Of a DNA stretch of 64,000 bases, positions 1 to 13,795 are shown one piece after another (within the stretch, counting starts at the first letter, position 1; every line of letters begins with the position of its first letter). The stretch comes from Styela clava (Eukaryota). The DNA lies in the NCBI RefSeq assembly GCF_964204865.1, contig NC_135250.1, positions 6,014,001 through 6,078,000 on the forward strand, in the 5' to 3' direction. The translations under genes and the position numbers were made by a program. The notes beneath the pieces are model-generated. The model saw nothing but the letters and a program-made list of their open reading frames with translations. It did no database searches and was not told where the DNA came from.

Positions 1-110
1 CAACAAATGGACCAATCGCTTTCAAAGTTTCAGTACTTAAAGATGATTGAAGTCATTGGAAGGCTATTTACCTTTTTTCAATTTGCTTCGAATTTTATCA
101 GACCCGATAT
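1..110 (+). mobile_element. Partial HINE family-A copy, cut by the window edge
   Basis: tggaccaatcgctttcaaagtttcagt...gaaggctatt matches the core block of the 52510-53307 units. Confidence 0.6.
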
Positions 111-3059
111 TTTCACTCGAAAATTTACAGCTTTTTTCAATTCATGAGAACACTTTTTATGAAATCTTTGACCACTTTATTCCATCAAGTTTGTCTGCTG
201 ATCTTCCAAGCAAACTAGGTGCTCAGGTAAGTCTTAGCGTAGAGGGAGCAATGCTCTCTCTTTCTCGTTTAATTTATGAATTTCAAAGGGTCAAACTACA
301 GAGTGACTATTAACGCACCGAAAACTCAAAACTTCTCAGGTCTTAACACACCATGTCCACAAATATAGACTGCTTAGGATCAAGTTTTCGAAGGACAGAC
401 GATAGCTAATTGCGCTAAAGTACGTGTTACTATAACAGAGTCTATATCTTGGATTTGATCATAACCAAAATAACGTCTAGTCTAGTAAAAGAGCTGTATA
501 GATGCTGCTGATTAAGAGATGAAATAGTAAGGGCTTTTCTTAACTTATTAGTTTGTCAAAAACTCTATTTAGAAATTATTTTATCGATAAACTATAGTAA
601 ATACAAAAACCATATTACATACATAAAAACTCCCACATGCCACACACACAAATAGAAAGGTTTTCTAATATTGCCATACTCGATGACCCAAACGATATAA
701 TCGGATTGAAACTGCTTAGCTAAGTGCGAACGATATTTCTGACTAGTTGAAGTTAATATAGACACTTGACAAAGAATTGTGGTCAAAAAATCAGAGTTCA
801 ACCCGTATTAAAACGCTTTTCTGAAGGGGGTATTTAAAGTTTGACGTAGGATGCGATGACAAGTAAAAATTCCGCTAACTTCTAATCATAAAAATACCCC
901 TAAACTTATCTAAGCCGTTTGAACTAGTGAAGCACTAGTGTACATCGATGTACTGTGCATTGATTACTTCATTTTTGTCACCTTTTTTTTAACGATTTTG
1001 GTAAATTGTGAAATGCAAATTTTATTAACGAATGTAACCCAGATATTTCTAAGATTCAAAGACAATAACAATTTCGTCGTATAAGTCAAACAACCAACAA
1101 CTCCCTTCCCATAACGAACTTCTTGCATATCAATCTAACACGCTAACGAACCTTTTTAACTGACTATACTGTTGTGCAAGTATTTGTACCGGACTCTTTT
1201 TTTCTAAACTATCAATAATTTCCAGTTAGTTCATTATGCTAGGCAAAAGCTCAACCAGGGCGATAAATCTTATGAAAGGGAAAATAAATAACTTCAATGC
1301 TGAAAAACACTCCCTTTCTGTGGCTTACTGTTTTATGCTCTACGAAAACATTCCGACGTTTGTCTAATTATAGCCTCGGCTAGCTAAGGTATCTACTAAA
1401 CGAAAGCCTGCCTTCTGGTCTGAGATGAATTTTCATCCAATCACTGAACGGGTATTAATTGGGCGTCTTCGGACTTCCATAACGAATTGAATTTTCAAAT
1501 CAAAATTGAAGCTATTCTATTATCTTTATAAGACGAAATGAGGCTTAGTTCAGTATTAATTACCCACACCCGCACTGACGCCAATGCCCGCGTATGTTTT
1601 GCTCCACGGGGTTTGACTTGCTGGATAAAATAGTTACTATTCGCAACTATTCATCCGAAACGACGGGGACCATTTTTTCCTGTTTTGTTTATTAAAGCAC
1701 GTACGAAGAATTGTTTTTCAGGCTAACAGTTGGGGTCGTCTAGCGAACACCAGCATACCATCGCTTTCTGGGTTTGCAGAATCCTAGCGAACCGCAAACG
1801 ATGTGTCAAACACCGTGTTGTGCTGCACGCCCGACGTCAGAAGGACGGCCTTATCCGAAGTTTACACGAATGCTCTTTTAGCGATTGAAACCTGTGCGAT
1901 GTATTATTTACTACAGAGAAAATGTACTTATTTCACGACTCATATGAGCACAAAAAGCAACTTCTTATATTCCAAACTTTCAGAAGGATGCTTCGATTCA
2001 GACCGTAAGGATTGAATTTACCATATCGTTCAAACTCGGAGTAACATGCTCCGATATAAAGCAAGTTGAAAATATTTTTCACGATAATTTATCAAATTAA
2101 AGCCGACCACAATGCTCAAAATATTCAGCTTCGAAAAACAAATTTTGTAATCATATAGTCTCTACTCAAACCAATATTTTAGGAGATAGATCTGAGCAGT
2201 CAAAACCATCCGATCTTTTATCTTATTTCCACATGAACATGGGATTTAGAAAAAAGCGAATTCCACTCGCGATACAGGGTCTGGCTTGCAGAGTAAGCAT
2301 ACCTGAAAAAGCCAAAAATGACGTAAAATACAAAACGATTCCAAAAATAGATACATTTGAGGCGACATTTTCAAAAATAGCAAACTTTATTAAAATAGAT
2401 TTGATAAATGTATGTAACTTTTGCCCAGCCAAAAAAAAAACAATTAGGTTATCGCTCGCAATTAATGCAAAAATAGACAAAACTAAGCAAAATTTTATCA
2501 AAAGAAGATATAACGAAAAGAATTTATTGTTATTAATATAATAACAGAACACCAATTTGTTTAGTAGAAACCTAAAACATTATCAGATACAATTTATAAA
2601 GACAAAAACAGACTCAAAGCCCTTTTTTGGCGCCAGGACACGCATGAATAGGTACATGACCTATTTGTTTTCAAGGCCCAGGTGAGGGAGCTAATAGCTT
2701 TCTTACGTCATAATACTTTGAAACAAAATACGTAGTTATTTGTGCGTATAGCGCAATGGAATTGCAGAAAATAGAACATTATTGCTTGTTGGCGGTAAAG
2801 CACTAGGTATAATAAACAAAGAGAAACCCCGCAAAGAAATGGGGCGACCGAAAGGCTACAAAAACTAAGTAAGGCTTTCAGTACTCAGAATGATATAATT
2901 AAAAAAAAAGGAGAAATGGAAATAGGGATTTTGAAATTTTAGCGAGCAAATATGCGATTTTCGTAGAATTGAGTAATTTTCTATATACCATCTCAGTTTC
3001 ATTGAATCACAAAAACATTACGTTTCCGTTACCTTTTTGACTAAAAAATTATGCAACAA

Positions 3060-3590
3060 CACTGATTAAAAACAACAAACTTGGTTAAGATATAATGAGA
3101 ACTGACTTCATAACACAAAACTTTATTGAAACATTTAAGGAACTTTATGGACACTCCGTATATTGGCGTATATTGGATTGTCTGAAATTCAACATAAAAT
3201 CCTTCATAAATCGTGACGCATTTCTGTAGGATTGTCTCAGCAACGTGATCATGAAGTCTACAATTAAAATGCATGCGACAAATGATATCATTTTGTTATA
3301 CATTACTCCTTAACACACAAATCAATAAATTCCTGGAACATATCTGGATGTTTTTCTGTCTGGAAACGAGGCCTCCTCACAATTAATTATAGACAAAAAC
3401 AAGTTCAAGGTGTTCATAAAGTCATGCATTTTTTCATGTTGAAAAGAAATTTTTCGATACCATTTATCGTAGTAAAAACTTAAATAAACACTGTTTAAAA
3501 TAAAAAAAACACCCGGTTAAGATATAGCGAGAACTGACTTCATAACAAAATTGGAACGGGTAACGGGACTTTATGAACATTCTGTATTCT
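3060..3590 (+). mobile_element. Two degenerate right-end fragments (about 3060-3160 and 3490-3590) of the Tc1/mariner MITE at 25795
   Basis: Both share ggttaagatata..gagaactgacttcataaca...actttatg(g/a)aca..c.gta, which resembles the right TIR GACTTTATGGACACCCT. Confidence 0.55.
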
Positions 3591-6500
3591 GATGGATGAA
3601 AATTATTAAGATTTGAATGAAAGTGATATAAAATAGAAAAATCTAAAGATATAATCGTAAAAACAAATCAGGTAAAAACAAACTGAATAATAAATAATAT
3701 TTCTGATTTTCGGTACGAGACACAACTGTAAACCCCAATAACAGATAAGTTATATTCCACTATGATAGTCGCCGTTAAAAATCCTTGCCGTACATTTCAT
3801 TCTAGAATTTTCTTTCCTGAAAGTATGTAAATATTTCAGCGATGCTATAACAACCCTGGTCTGAAGTACGACGCAATTCATTTCACTCCTAACTCTACAC
3901 GAAATACCCCCTTTGGCTATAATATATCCTAATGAAGCTGTCAAGAAATTACTAGAATTTTGAACAATTAGGATATCTTAAGTAAATTAATTTCTAAGAT
4001 GAATAATATAATGATTAGAAACGAACATCATGACGTTCCTACCGTACGGTCTTGCTTTATATGTCCTGTTTCAAATATTCGTGCCAGCTAAATGACTAAT
4101 CACAGTACATAAACACAAAATAGAAAAAGATCAATTCTAAATCATAATTAGGATAGAAGTCAGATGCGATTGAAAATAACTTTCCACGACACGAATTTTA
4201 CTCATTCTGAAGTTCTTTTTTATAAGTACTGACCACGGGTGGGCCAAAAGTCTATGCTCACAAAGCAGTACTCTATCAAGGGCCTGTGATGAGTAGTACT
4301 ACCATATGCAAAGGTTTTATAACAATGACTGGCTCGCGGGGCAATCGAGTACAGATACTTTTCGAAATGAAAAGAAACAATGAAAATTGAGTAACAATAA
4401 TATTATTATGCAAAATTATTTCGACTACACACTTGGTTGTTATGATCACTGAAATGGTATAAATTGTGTTTAATTTGGCTTGAATTTCATTAATAATAAT
4501 AATGATAATTTGAATATGTATTTCGAATGGGTTGTAAAAACACCTATTTATACTATGACCTACGTCTAAAGGAATGTAAATTAACAGCGACTGAGATATA
4601 ATAGTTGCGTATGGATAGTGAATTCCGTGCTTTCATGCATATGGTAGAAACAAATTTATATCGATGCTAAGTATCAAAATACCTGCTGTGAAAATATAGT
4701 AACAGCTTCAAATTCAAATCGCGTTTTCATTTTCCATGGATATAATTTATCGAAAAAAAAAAAAAAACATTCAAAATCCACACCTACACCATCTACAAGC
4801 AGACGACACTCCAATAGCTTCATCATACCCCAAGTATATTCTCAACTATTCTTAGGAATTTCCACCAAGCTCTCACAAAACTTAAATTATTGAGTAATTA
4901 AAACAAGTAGTGTTTACAGCAAAACCTGATTTCGAAATTAGTTTTTAATCCAGAGTTATCCAAATTTAAGCAACAAGTATAATCCTATATGAGTGATATC
5001 GTTTTGTTAGTTATAAACAAAAGCTCAGCGTAATCTTGGATTATGTTGTCGCGGAGAAAATCTTCTTAATATTTGTCATAAAATTTTCCAACCACTGAAA
5101 AACGGAAAAACAACTTTTTTAAAAAAGGAAAAAAGCTGATTTTTGAATGAGAACTCGCTCAACACAAAGAAACAATGACTTGCAATATCTACTTCGAAAT
5201 AATGAGTCGCACATTGCTTAGTCACACTAGCTACCAATTTCTTAACAACTGCTTCAAAAAATCATAATATCCAGATATGCAAATGGCTGTATTTCAACCA
5301 GTCAGAGTGCTAGATATTATATGTGAATTAGACCCGCGCACAAACAAAGAAATTAATTTACATTACAGCAAACAGGATACTTCTACAACTTAACAAAAAA
5401 CAACCTATTGTGATACCAACGTTAAATATAAAGACGACAATACATAGCATGCAAAACTGGAAAATAACGATTGATTATGAGAGCTCTGACTGAAATGGTT
5501 TAATTAATAGTTCTCGTGGAACGAAAGACAAAAATTTGATAACTTGTAATTAAAATCCCGTTCTCGTAGCAGGAACTAGAATTCGTATTTAATTACCATT
5601 TTGAATCTTATCCTGAGACTCAAATCCGAACATAATCATATCATAGAATGAAGTGGTTAGACTAGATACTAGATAGAACAATAGATAATGATAGGTATAT
5701 AGTACGATGTTCGAATGTAGAAATACCATGTTGAAATTTCGGTAACCTTGATTAAGTACCAAGGTTACAATTAGCCCAATAGTTGTCGAAATATCACCGA
5801 ATAAAGAATGAGACCATTGAAAGACAACTCTATTCCACCACTCATTGCAGTCGTGTTCAACATATATAAAATGATTATTCTAGTTGTGCGGATTGACATA
5901 AATTGTCTTAGTTATCGTTTATACCATGTTCTACTACCAGCTACACTAGAGGATCGGAAAAGGTAAGGGCAATGTCCCGCGGCCTGATTAAGTCGGTAAC
6001 TGTAGTCTGGGATCTCGTAGATTTATATTGTTTTACTCACAAGACACAACAAACATATATTAGCATTTTCGACAAATTCATAAAACACTTATATTCCGAT
6101 GTCTCTGGGTAGCATATATACTCAATAATGAAAGGTTGCAAAATATTTCCAAATCTATCCAAGCCTAGAACTAACAAGCAAAACAACTCCCCTGCTTTCC
6201 ACGCGACAAACATCTTTTTAAAGCCTGAATCTCATTACCTGACGTCTCTATATCTTGTATAGGCGCTAATCCCTGTTAACACTTATGTAACGTTGGTTAC
6301 TTCCATTTCAAAACAAGCTTAAGTTAGTAATGACATGGTGTTTAATTCAATTAAGTTAGCGCCTAGTTGGCTGAATGATTTCTTATGGGAATTTTGAAAC
6401 GACCATTGACTGTAAACAGTCATATGTCAAAACCAGAGTTACGTTTTTGTGTGCACGGTAAAGGACGAATTGATGATAGATTTACTTAAAGAAATTCGCA

Positions 6501-9500
6501 GCTGGCACTTCGTACCGTATATGTATAACCTAGTCAACGCGTGGACATTCTATGGGGAAAAGACCATAAAGTAGCACCCAATATTTTTTCAAATTGAAAT
6601 AAAAATTTCACAGGAAGTATGCTGGGCAACTATTGTTGTACCGGCCAGTAAAATTAATTTGTACATACAAGCAATGGACAGCCTTGCAGCAAATATAAAT
6701 CCGCAATCCTCATATGAATAGGTCAGTGGGTGAAGTTTTCCATAGAGTACTGCATAGCAAAATATCATAAGCAAAGCTCAACTAGCAGTATAAATCCTCA
6801 CTTTACAGGCCAACAGCATTCACAATTGGTCAATAAAACGAGTAAAACTTTCAAAACTTGCCAACAGAAGCAAAGAAACTACTAGAACAAAGTTTCCAGT
6901 TAAAACCTGCTTGTACATCACATGGTAGGGCGTTATAATTCCGAGAAAGTGGAATCTAGTCGTTAACGACGCTACGTAAGCGTTTATCCTTCGCGTTAAT
7001 AACGTTCAATTAATCGCATTCCACGAAAATCGGCGCCGATTCAGTTGTGACTCAAAACTGCGGTTTTTCGAGAATACCTGTATAACTTTCACCTGTCGGT
7101 TGACAAGGCAACACTGTTGATGAAAATATATTTTTGAACAGATGTAAACCAAAAAAGTCAAGTTCACAATATTTTAATTTTTTTTGTTGAATGGCTCGAA
7201 AATGTTACAATATAAAAAAGTACTCTTTTAGAGATTTCACACAATTTCTCGACGCCCTTTACTTGATCCAACGAAATGGCGGAAAGCGGGAAACCATGGT
7301 CAATGACTAGTACTTTAGGCCTTTGATATCAATCTTTTTTTCTATCACAATTACTACGACAGAGCAGTGGAATAGATTATTACAAAGTACAAAATTTCTT
7401 CTACAATGGTTACACTTGCTTAATCCTGTTACGACAGACTTCACAAACAGATTAATCCCACTAACTTTCGACTTGGTAACTTAGTATACGAAAGTGATCC
7501 ACTCATACCAAGATGTGGCTTAAGTACTTTCAAACCACAAAAATAGCTCCAAGACAGAACAGGAGCTAAACATGATGATGGGTATTGAACATTACAAAGC
7601 AAAAAATTGGTTTAACGGACTGGCATTTTCGCAGTTATTTCTGTTCGTTGTCACTACCAGAGTTGGTTTGGGTGCCTGTAAACTACATACCATGCCATAT
7701 CTGTTAAATATCAGACAGATTGTTAAATTCTTGCAAATAAAAGTCAAACAAAGTTGTATTATAAACCAAATGGAAATACAAAACTTTTCAATGTATGTAA
7801 CAAATCACACATTGGCAGCTTTATTGGTTATTAATTCTTGGCGCGCAAGCCAATAATAAATAAGAATATATGGAAAATAGAGGTAACAAAAATGCGGCGC
7901 TTGTTAAATAGTGCCGGAATTTCTTGCAAAAGCATTGTAAGCGTCAAGGATCATCTTATCACCATGAAATAGAGCAATGAATGCTTAATATTTGGCCACG
8001 AAGATCGCGGACCGGTCCACCGAGTTTGCTGAAAAAATAGGCAAACAAGCGTGACGGAATGTTCCCATACGTCATAAAAAGTGTTCCCATGAATAAAAAT
8101 AAAACAGAAACATTTTTGGGTGAAATGTTCGGTCCCATATGGCTGCAGAAAATAATAAAAGTATTTTCATGCGACTTCGTTCATCTTTAAAGTGATAAAA
8201 TTTTGAAACATATTTGTCCAGAGAAAAGCGATTTTTTCTAACAACAACAGTCACCCCAATTCAGCAACAAAAATTCAGCAAAACTGTCCACGTTTACAGT
8301 TCGCATTCCTATATCTCTATATCTGCGTAATATATCTTTCTTTCAGTTGAGGACTTCCAAGGTGAGCTATAACTAAAATCATACAGCACAATATTTTCTT
8401 AATTGCGTATCTTCATTCTGCAAGCACAAGCTTCAAGAATTCGGAGTCAGACTCATATGAACCTTGCTATTACAAACCCATAGCATATTGTGCATACTAA
8501 TAAATATGATTGAAAGAATAAAGCATCAGATTTATAATTAGAATCAAATCCACAGTGTTATTTCAGGAAAATGTAAAGTGCGTGACAATATATCACTTGA
8601 ATCGATAAACGTATTGCATGCAAATTTAGTAAAAGAAAAAATTAATAGTCTTGTTGTCTGGCGCGATTCAGTGTTTGTCAATAAATAATCTGTATGTTAA
8701 TTGATACATAGGGAAACGCCAGCTTGCCAGAAAACTACATAAGAAGTATAGCACGATAAATTTTTCGAATGGCGTGGCAAAATGCATAAAATCTTCCAAA
8801 ATCCCATTATGTTGATGTGTTTGAAATGGATCGAAAATGTTGACAATTGGGCTTTAAAACGTCTACTTAAAATAATTAATTCAGAAGAACACTATTTTGA
8901 AACATCATAAACACTTTGCTATTAATAATTGAAGTTGACTGAAATTTGACAATGGAAGCAAAAATATGAAGTGAAATGTATGGATCATGAAAGTGTGATA
9001 TACATGATCTGTGGCCCCTTTCCAAGGCGATCAACACCACTTGTGCATTGCTATTCTATAAAAAATATCTAGTTGTGCCTTTCAATCGTTTCCATCTGTC
9101 ATTTTACACGCCACGTTTAATAATAAAAAATGCCACCAACGTAAGCGAAAGAACAAATGCATTGCAGTCCTAGGATTGTACAAATCATAGTTCTATTACT
9201 TTAAATAATGTAGTAATCGCGAACGATATCTAGTGTGAGCCTTCGCTCGTGGCCCACAGTGAACCGTTCGTGGTCACCCAATGGGGCAGAGGGCTTCAGT
9301 TCGAGGAACTCTGACCATAAAACGCTGACAGAATTACAGCAAAAAGAACTCAACTATGCCGCTTATGTGGAGAGGGGGCGAGATATTCCGGAAAAGAAAG
9401 TTGGGCGGTCGACTAACCTAAACTGACTGCGACCTCAAGTTGTTGCCAAGTATTCATCTGAGATCAGGGTAAGATTACACAACCTATTAATATTCAAAGA

Positions 9501-9880
9501 CGAGACATTATTTCGACGGAAGCCGTAAGAGGAGAAGGCATTAATATACCACAAACCTGGATGGATTTCTTTCACCCTATTACTATACCTCCCACGACCG
9601 GTCTGATAAGACATGTGAGTTCGAAATTTTTATCATGAATCTAAACGTGAAAAACTCAAAGCCGTTTGATGATTTTTAACTGTGGCTGTAGGTTTATTCG
9701 ACTTTCGATTTCCCCACTTCAACTATGCTAGTGCTTGTAACTGAATAGTCTCGATAAATTTCTTATAAGATAACAAAATAACATCTACTAACAATGCTCT
9801 TACGTACGGGCATCTTTAAATTGTCAAGTCGCCTGGGTTTAGTAGCCTTAGACTTCCTACGCTAGCAGATTGGCAGATTA

Positions 9881-10057
9881 ACTCCCGCAGTATGTACCAA
9901 GTTGGGGTTAGTCTATAATTTTATTCCGATTCCCAGTTTCGTTCTATTACGAGCTCGGGGCCTGTCTGTGTTAGCCAAGGCTCATAGGTTTCAGTCCCTT
10001 TACACAACTTGATGTAAAGAAGGTAAATAATCTTGGTACACACTCTTTTGGAGCGCC
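9881..10057 (-). mobile_element. Merlin-like MITE, one end partly deleted
   Basis: Reverse complement of the 20348-20546 copy; ends ...GGAGCGCC; partial flank repeat gatta. Confidence 0.65.
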
Positions 10058-11054
10058 GATTAATGATCCGATAGAAGCTATCAGCACCTTTACTAAACAT
10101 GGTTATTTAAGTACAAAAACGGCCGATGAACAAAGACAGTCCATCAAAATGTGTTTCACTCTCGAAACGTGCCTGGTTGTGTTCGCATCGGTTGCATGTA
10201 AGCGAGTAAATTTGATTTGTGTTGGGTACAACAACTCACCACTACATTGCTTTTAAAAGCCACAAGTTTGTCAGTCACACGGGTATTAAATAATCCTGAA
10301 GAAGTTTGCTAGTTAAGACTGAGAATCTGCTTTTCGTTTGTTTTTGAAATATATATACACAACCAAGAATTTCAAAGTCAGTGCGCTTCAGTTATTATTA
10401 ACAATAGGCTATTTACTACTAGACATGAAAATGATGCTGCGTTTGATTCATAGGTTAGCATTCTGAAACATCTAATAACGAATTGCTGAAGAGTCTAATT
10501 TTCTAGACGAAATATTTTATTCTAATTGGTAGACTAACATTTTTTACACATAAGTATCAAAATTATTTTCACCCAACAAAAATTTGTGTCGTCCATAATA
10601 ATAAAAATGTCGTCCATAATTACTTTTTGGGAATATCTACTGGTTTCATCGATTTATATTATCGAATCATGCTATCTTGAATTTAATCGCATCATTACAC
10701 GTAAAAAAATCATGATAGGAAAATAGAAATACCGGAAACTATACATATTTTATACGTTATTCTTTATGGTATTACGGAGAAAATAAGATACTGAAAAACT
10801 ACATTAAATCTACATTTGCAATCAGAAACTAAATTTTACTTCTGAATGGACAGTTGTGCTAGTGATATTAAGTATCATGATTGAGGCAATTGTGGCAGCT
10901 TGAGATCAATCAATATCTAAGCAACGTTTCAACTGAATACAAAAGCAAATAGTTACATATCAAAACTATAGCCTGACGTTCAAGAAAAATCGACATTTAA
11001 TCAGATTCATGATATGGCCAATATCCATAAAGATCTCGCTAAACAAAATAATTT

Positions 11055-11292
11055 GGTACTTATGTAGTATGTGAACCAAGATGACGGACACCGAAACGTG
11101 GTAGGTGTACCAGGTTAGGGTTAAGCCATAACAAATACAAATACTACGGGAGTCAATAGGCTAGTCCCTGAACTCTTAATAGAACTGAAATAAGGAAAAT
11201 TGGAATAAAATTATGCCATGCCATGACCCTAACCTGGTACACATACTACATTCAGATGTCCGCCATCCTGGTTCACATACTACGGGAGCGCC
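11055..11292. mobile_element. Merlin-like MITE with ~70-bp TIRs and 8-bp TSD AATAATTT
   Basis: TIRs GGTACT..GTAGTATGTGAACCAAGATGACGGACA / TGTCCGCCATCCTGGTTCACATACTACGGGAGCGCC. Perfect 8-bp direct flanks at 11047-11054 and 11293-11300. GGNRM termini with an 8-bp TSD fit Merlin/IS1016. Confidence 0.85.
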
Positions 11293-13659
11293 AATAATTT
11301 TCGTTATCAAGAATAAATATTAGCAAATTTCACTCAAATCCTCAATCCTCCTCTATTCCAGCAAAACTAACGTTCCATTTTATCTGTATACTATAACTGC
11401 CATACATTCAAAAATGTGCTTTATAGCAACACTACTAATTGTACATTGTTACATGCTCTCAGCTTATACATTGTGTAACTTAATCTTCAACAGACTGACT
11501 TAACCTAACAACTTTTCGAAAATTATCACGAATAAGGTGCGCACTAGTATCTCGGACCGAAAAACATAAACAAATAAAAAAGTTCATGACCGGCTAAACG
11601 CGTGTTTGCAAACTTCGTTATATACTAGCAATTCGGAGAAAAGTCCTATGCGACGAAGCTTTAATATTTATAGACGAAAACAATTGTTTATAAAAAAAAA
11701 ATTGCCACCACCCTTTGGCGATATTTATATTACTCAATGACGGATTTTCAGCACAAAGTTTGAAGGGCGAGGGATAATAACGAAGTGTGTTTAGTTTTCC
11801 ACATGATAATTAATTCAATTTTATGTAACGAATCAAGTCTGGTAGATGTGTTTAATGGATCGGGAAACTATTAAGTAGCCCCTAATACAAATAGCTTTGG
11901 CAGTATTACTGTAACAACTGTCGAACTAATCAGAAAACGGTCAGCGGTGCACGACTTTCCCTGGACGGGTTGCGTATAATGAAAGTAAAAATGCGCAGTA
12001 ACGATAAATATCAATACTGATTAAAAAAATTGAACAAAACAAATAATAATGACGAACATAGTAACCAGGTTCTAAAGAGCTACACCCTTTTGCTGTAATT
12101 TGGGGAGTAGGGTGTAGTAACATATTTAAACGTTCTATTTGTACCTGATTGTCTAATAATTATTCTCAACAAATACCCCCTGTAGTACCTGCATTACTTT
12201 TCAACAAAAAATATTCTACTAAACTACTTTTGATTCGGTTAGCAGAAATATAATATGAATAAATTAAAACTAAAGAGAAAATATCTTTTTTGACGTAAGT
12301 GGGAAAAAAATTACGTAAGTCACTTATATGCGCCTAAGCGTAAAATCGAAAACCATAGCTGAGATAGGATTCATACGAGATTTGCCACGACGGAAAAGGA
12401 AAACTTAAATCGAAGCAATTTCCGCTTTCTATGCCTTAAATCATGGTTTACATAAATAAATAAGTCATACCAATCACGTTACCCTTTCCTGATAGCTTAA
12501 TTCAACCGCAATATCCAACCTTTGCATAGACTAATGTGGTAGAGCTTATTAAAACCTGATCAATTTCCTAAATCGTGCTATGTATTGTTTTGCATCGATG
12601 CACTATTAGTAAATAAAGTAACATGAATTTAAAAGTATTTCGCATTCGATCCTTATGGAAATAATAAAATATATTACTGTATTATAGTAGCACGGTGGAA
12701 AGGTTTTCAAATTGCCCCACGAAAAACCATTCGAAAACTGAATTTATGGAATTCTGATCTTGGATAACATTCGAATCACAGTTACTGTTACATGTTATAC
12801 TCAATGCGCGCAGTGTCCCTACACGTTGCTCGCCAATTGTAATTATAATATCCGCCAATTTCGATCATAGCTGCAGAATGCTTTGACCAAAACCGGTCAT
12901 GTTTTAAGATACAAAACGAAAGCGCATTGGAAATAGAATTCAAATTACACGATCTGGTCACCGCCTACCGTTTTTGGCATGAAATTTCGCACAGTTTTAG
13001 GCTTTGAGAACAAGTAATAGCGCATTTAATGACTGCCAATTGAATCTTTTCTTAGAAATTATAACGATTCTTCACTTCCGTGTGTTGTGTTATAAAACTG
13101 CGGCGCCCAAAAGGCCAATTGTGAGTATTGCCGTCTATTATTATTCCAGCCCGGAAGAATTGGAACAATAGGTGCTACCATAATCCGGAAAAGCTGAATA
13201 ATTAGGAATCGCTTCAGTGAGAAATCAACAGCTTCTAAAACTCTTCTAGTTTCCGAGCACATCGTGCGATATCCATACAACTATATTTTAAATTTTGAGC
13301 TTCGCCGACGCGAGTTGATCACATCATACAACCCTTACCGACTATAATTTGGACAAATTGGCAGATGAGACACTGCTGCTAATAGATTTCCGAAAATGCA
13401 ATAAGCACTTATGTAACGGATTGCACGATTTTCGTCGGGACTAGACAAAAATATAATATCAATCACCTTACACAGTAATAACACTGGAAATGTCTAAATT
13501 ATTCATATTTCGAAATGGTGACAAATTTAGAAATTCATTCAAAAAAGTGCTGAAACTGTCAAGAAACGGAAACTTATTATACCTGGCTAAGCGTGGGGTG
13601 ATGGCTGCTAAACTAAAACGGGAAATACCGCATTTGAACGGATACATGTGTTTGTATGG

Positions 13660-13795
13660 ATCCTCTTTTATTAGCATCATCAATTCAATATAATAAACAT
13701 ATGTGAGAAACGAATATTTACATATAACCAATATAACAAAGGACCAATATAACAAAGGACCAATAAAGCGTCCTTGTGTTATGCCACTCACTTTT
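13660..13795 (-). pseudogene. Degenerate non-LTR retrotransposon (CR1/L2-like) reverse-transcriptase fragment
   Basis: Reads SGITQGRFIGPLL; removing a 16-bp tandem duplication gives ...GPLLYWLYVN, with GAT GAT GCT (DDA) further on. This resembles the SGVPQGSxLGPLLFxxYxND...ADD motif. Confidence 0.5.

Noticed and set aside
9235-9468. GC-richer + strand ORF or exon as a coding gene
   Set aside because: No motif, a weak acceptor, and a stop before the donor in the long frame; it may be a non-coding exon or decayed TE.
11110-11240. Interstitial telomere (GGTTAGGGTT / ACCCTAACC)
   Set aside because: Only one to two units, always inside the MITE TIR.
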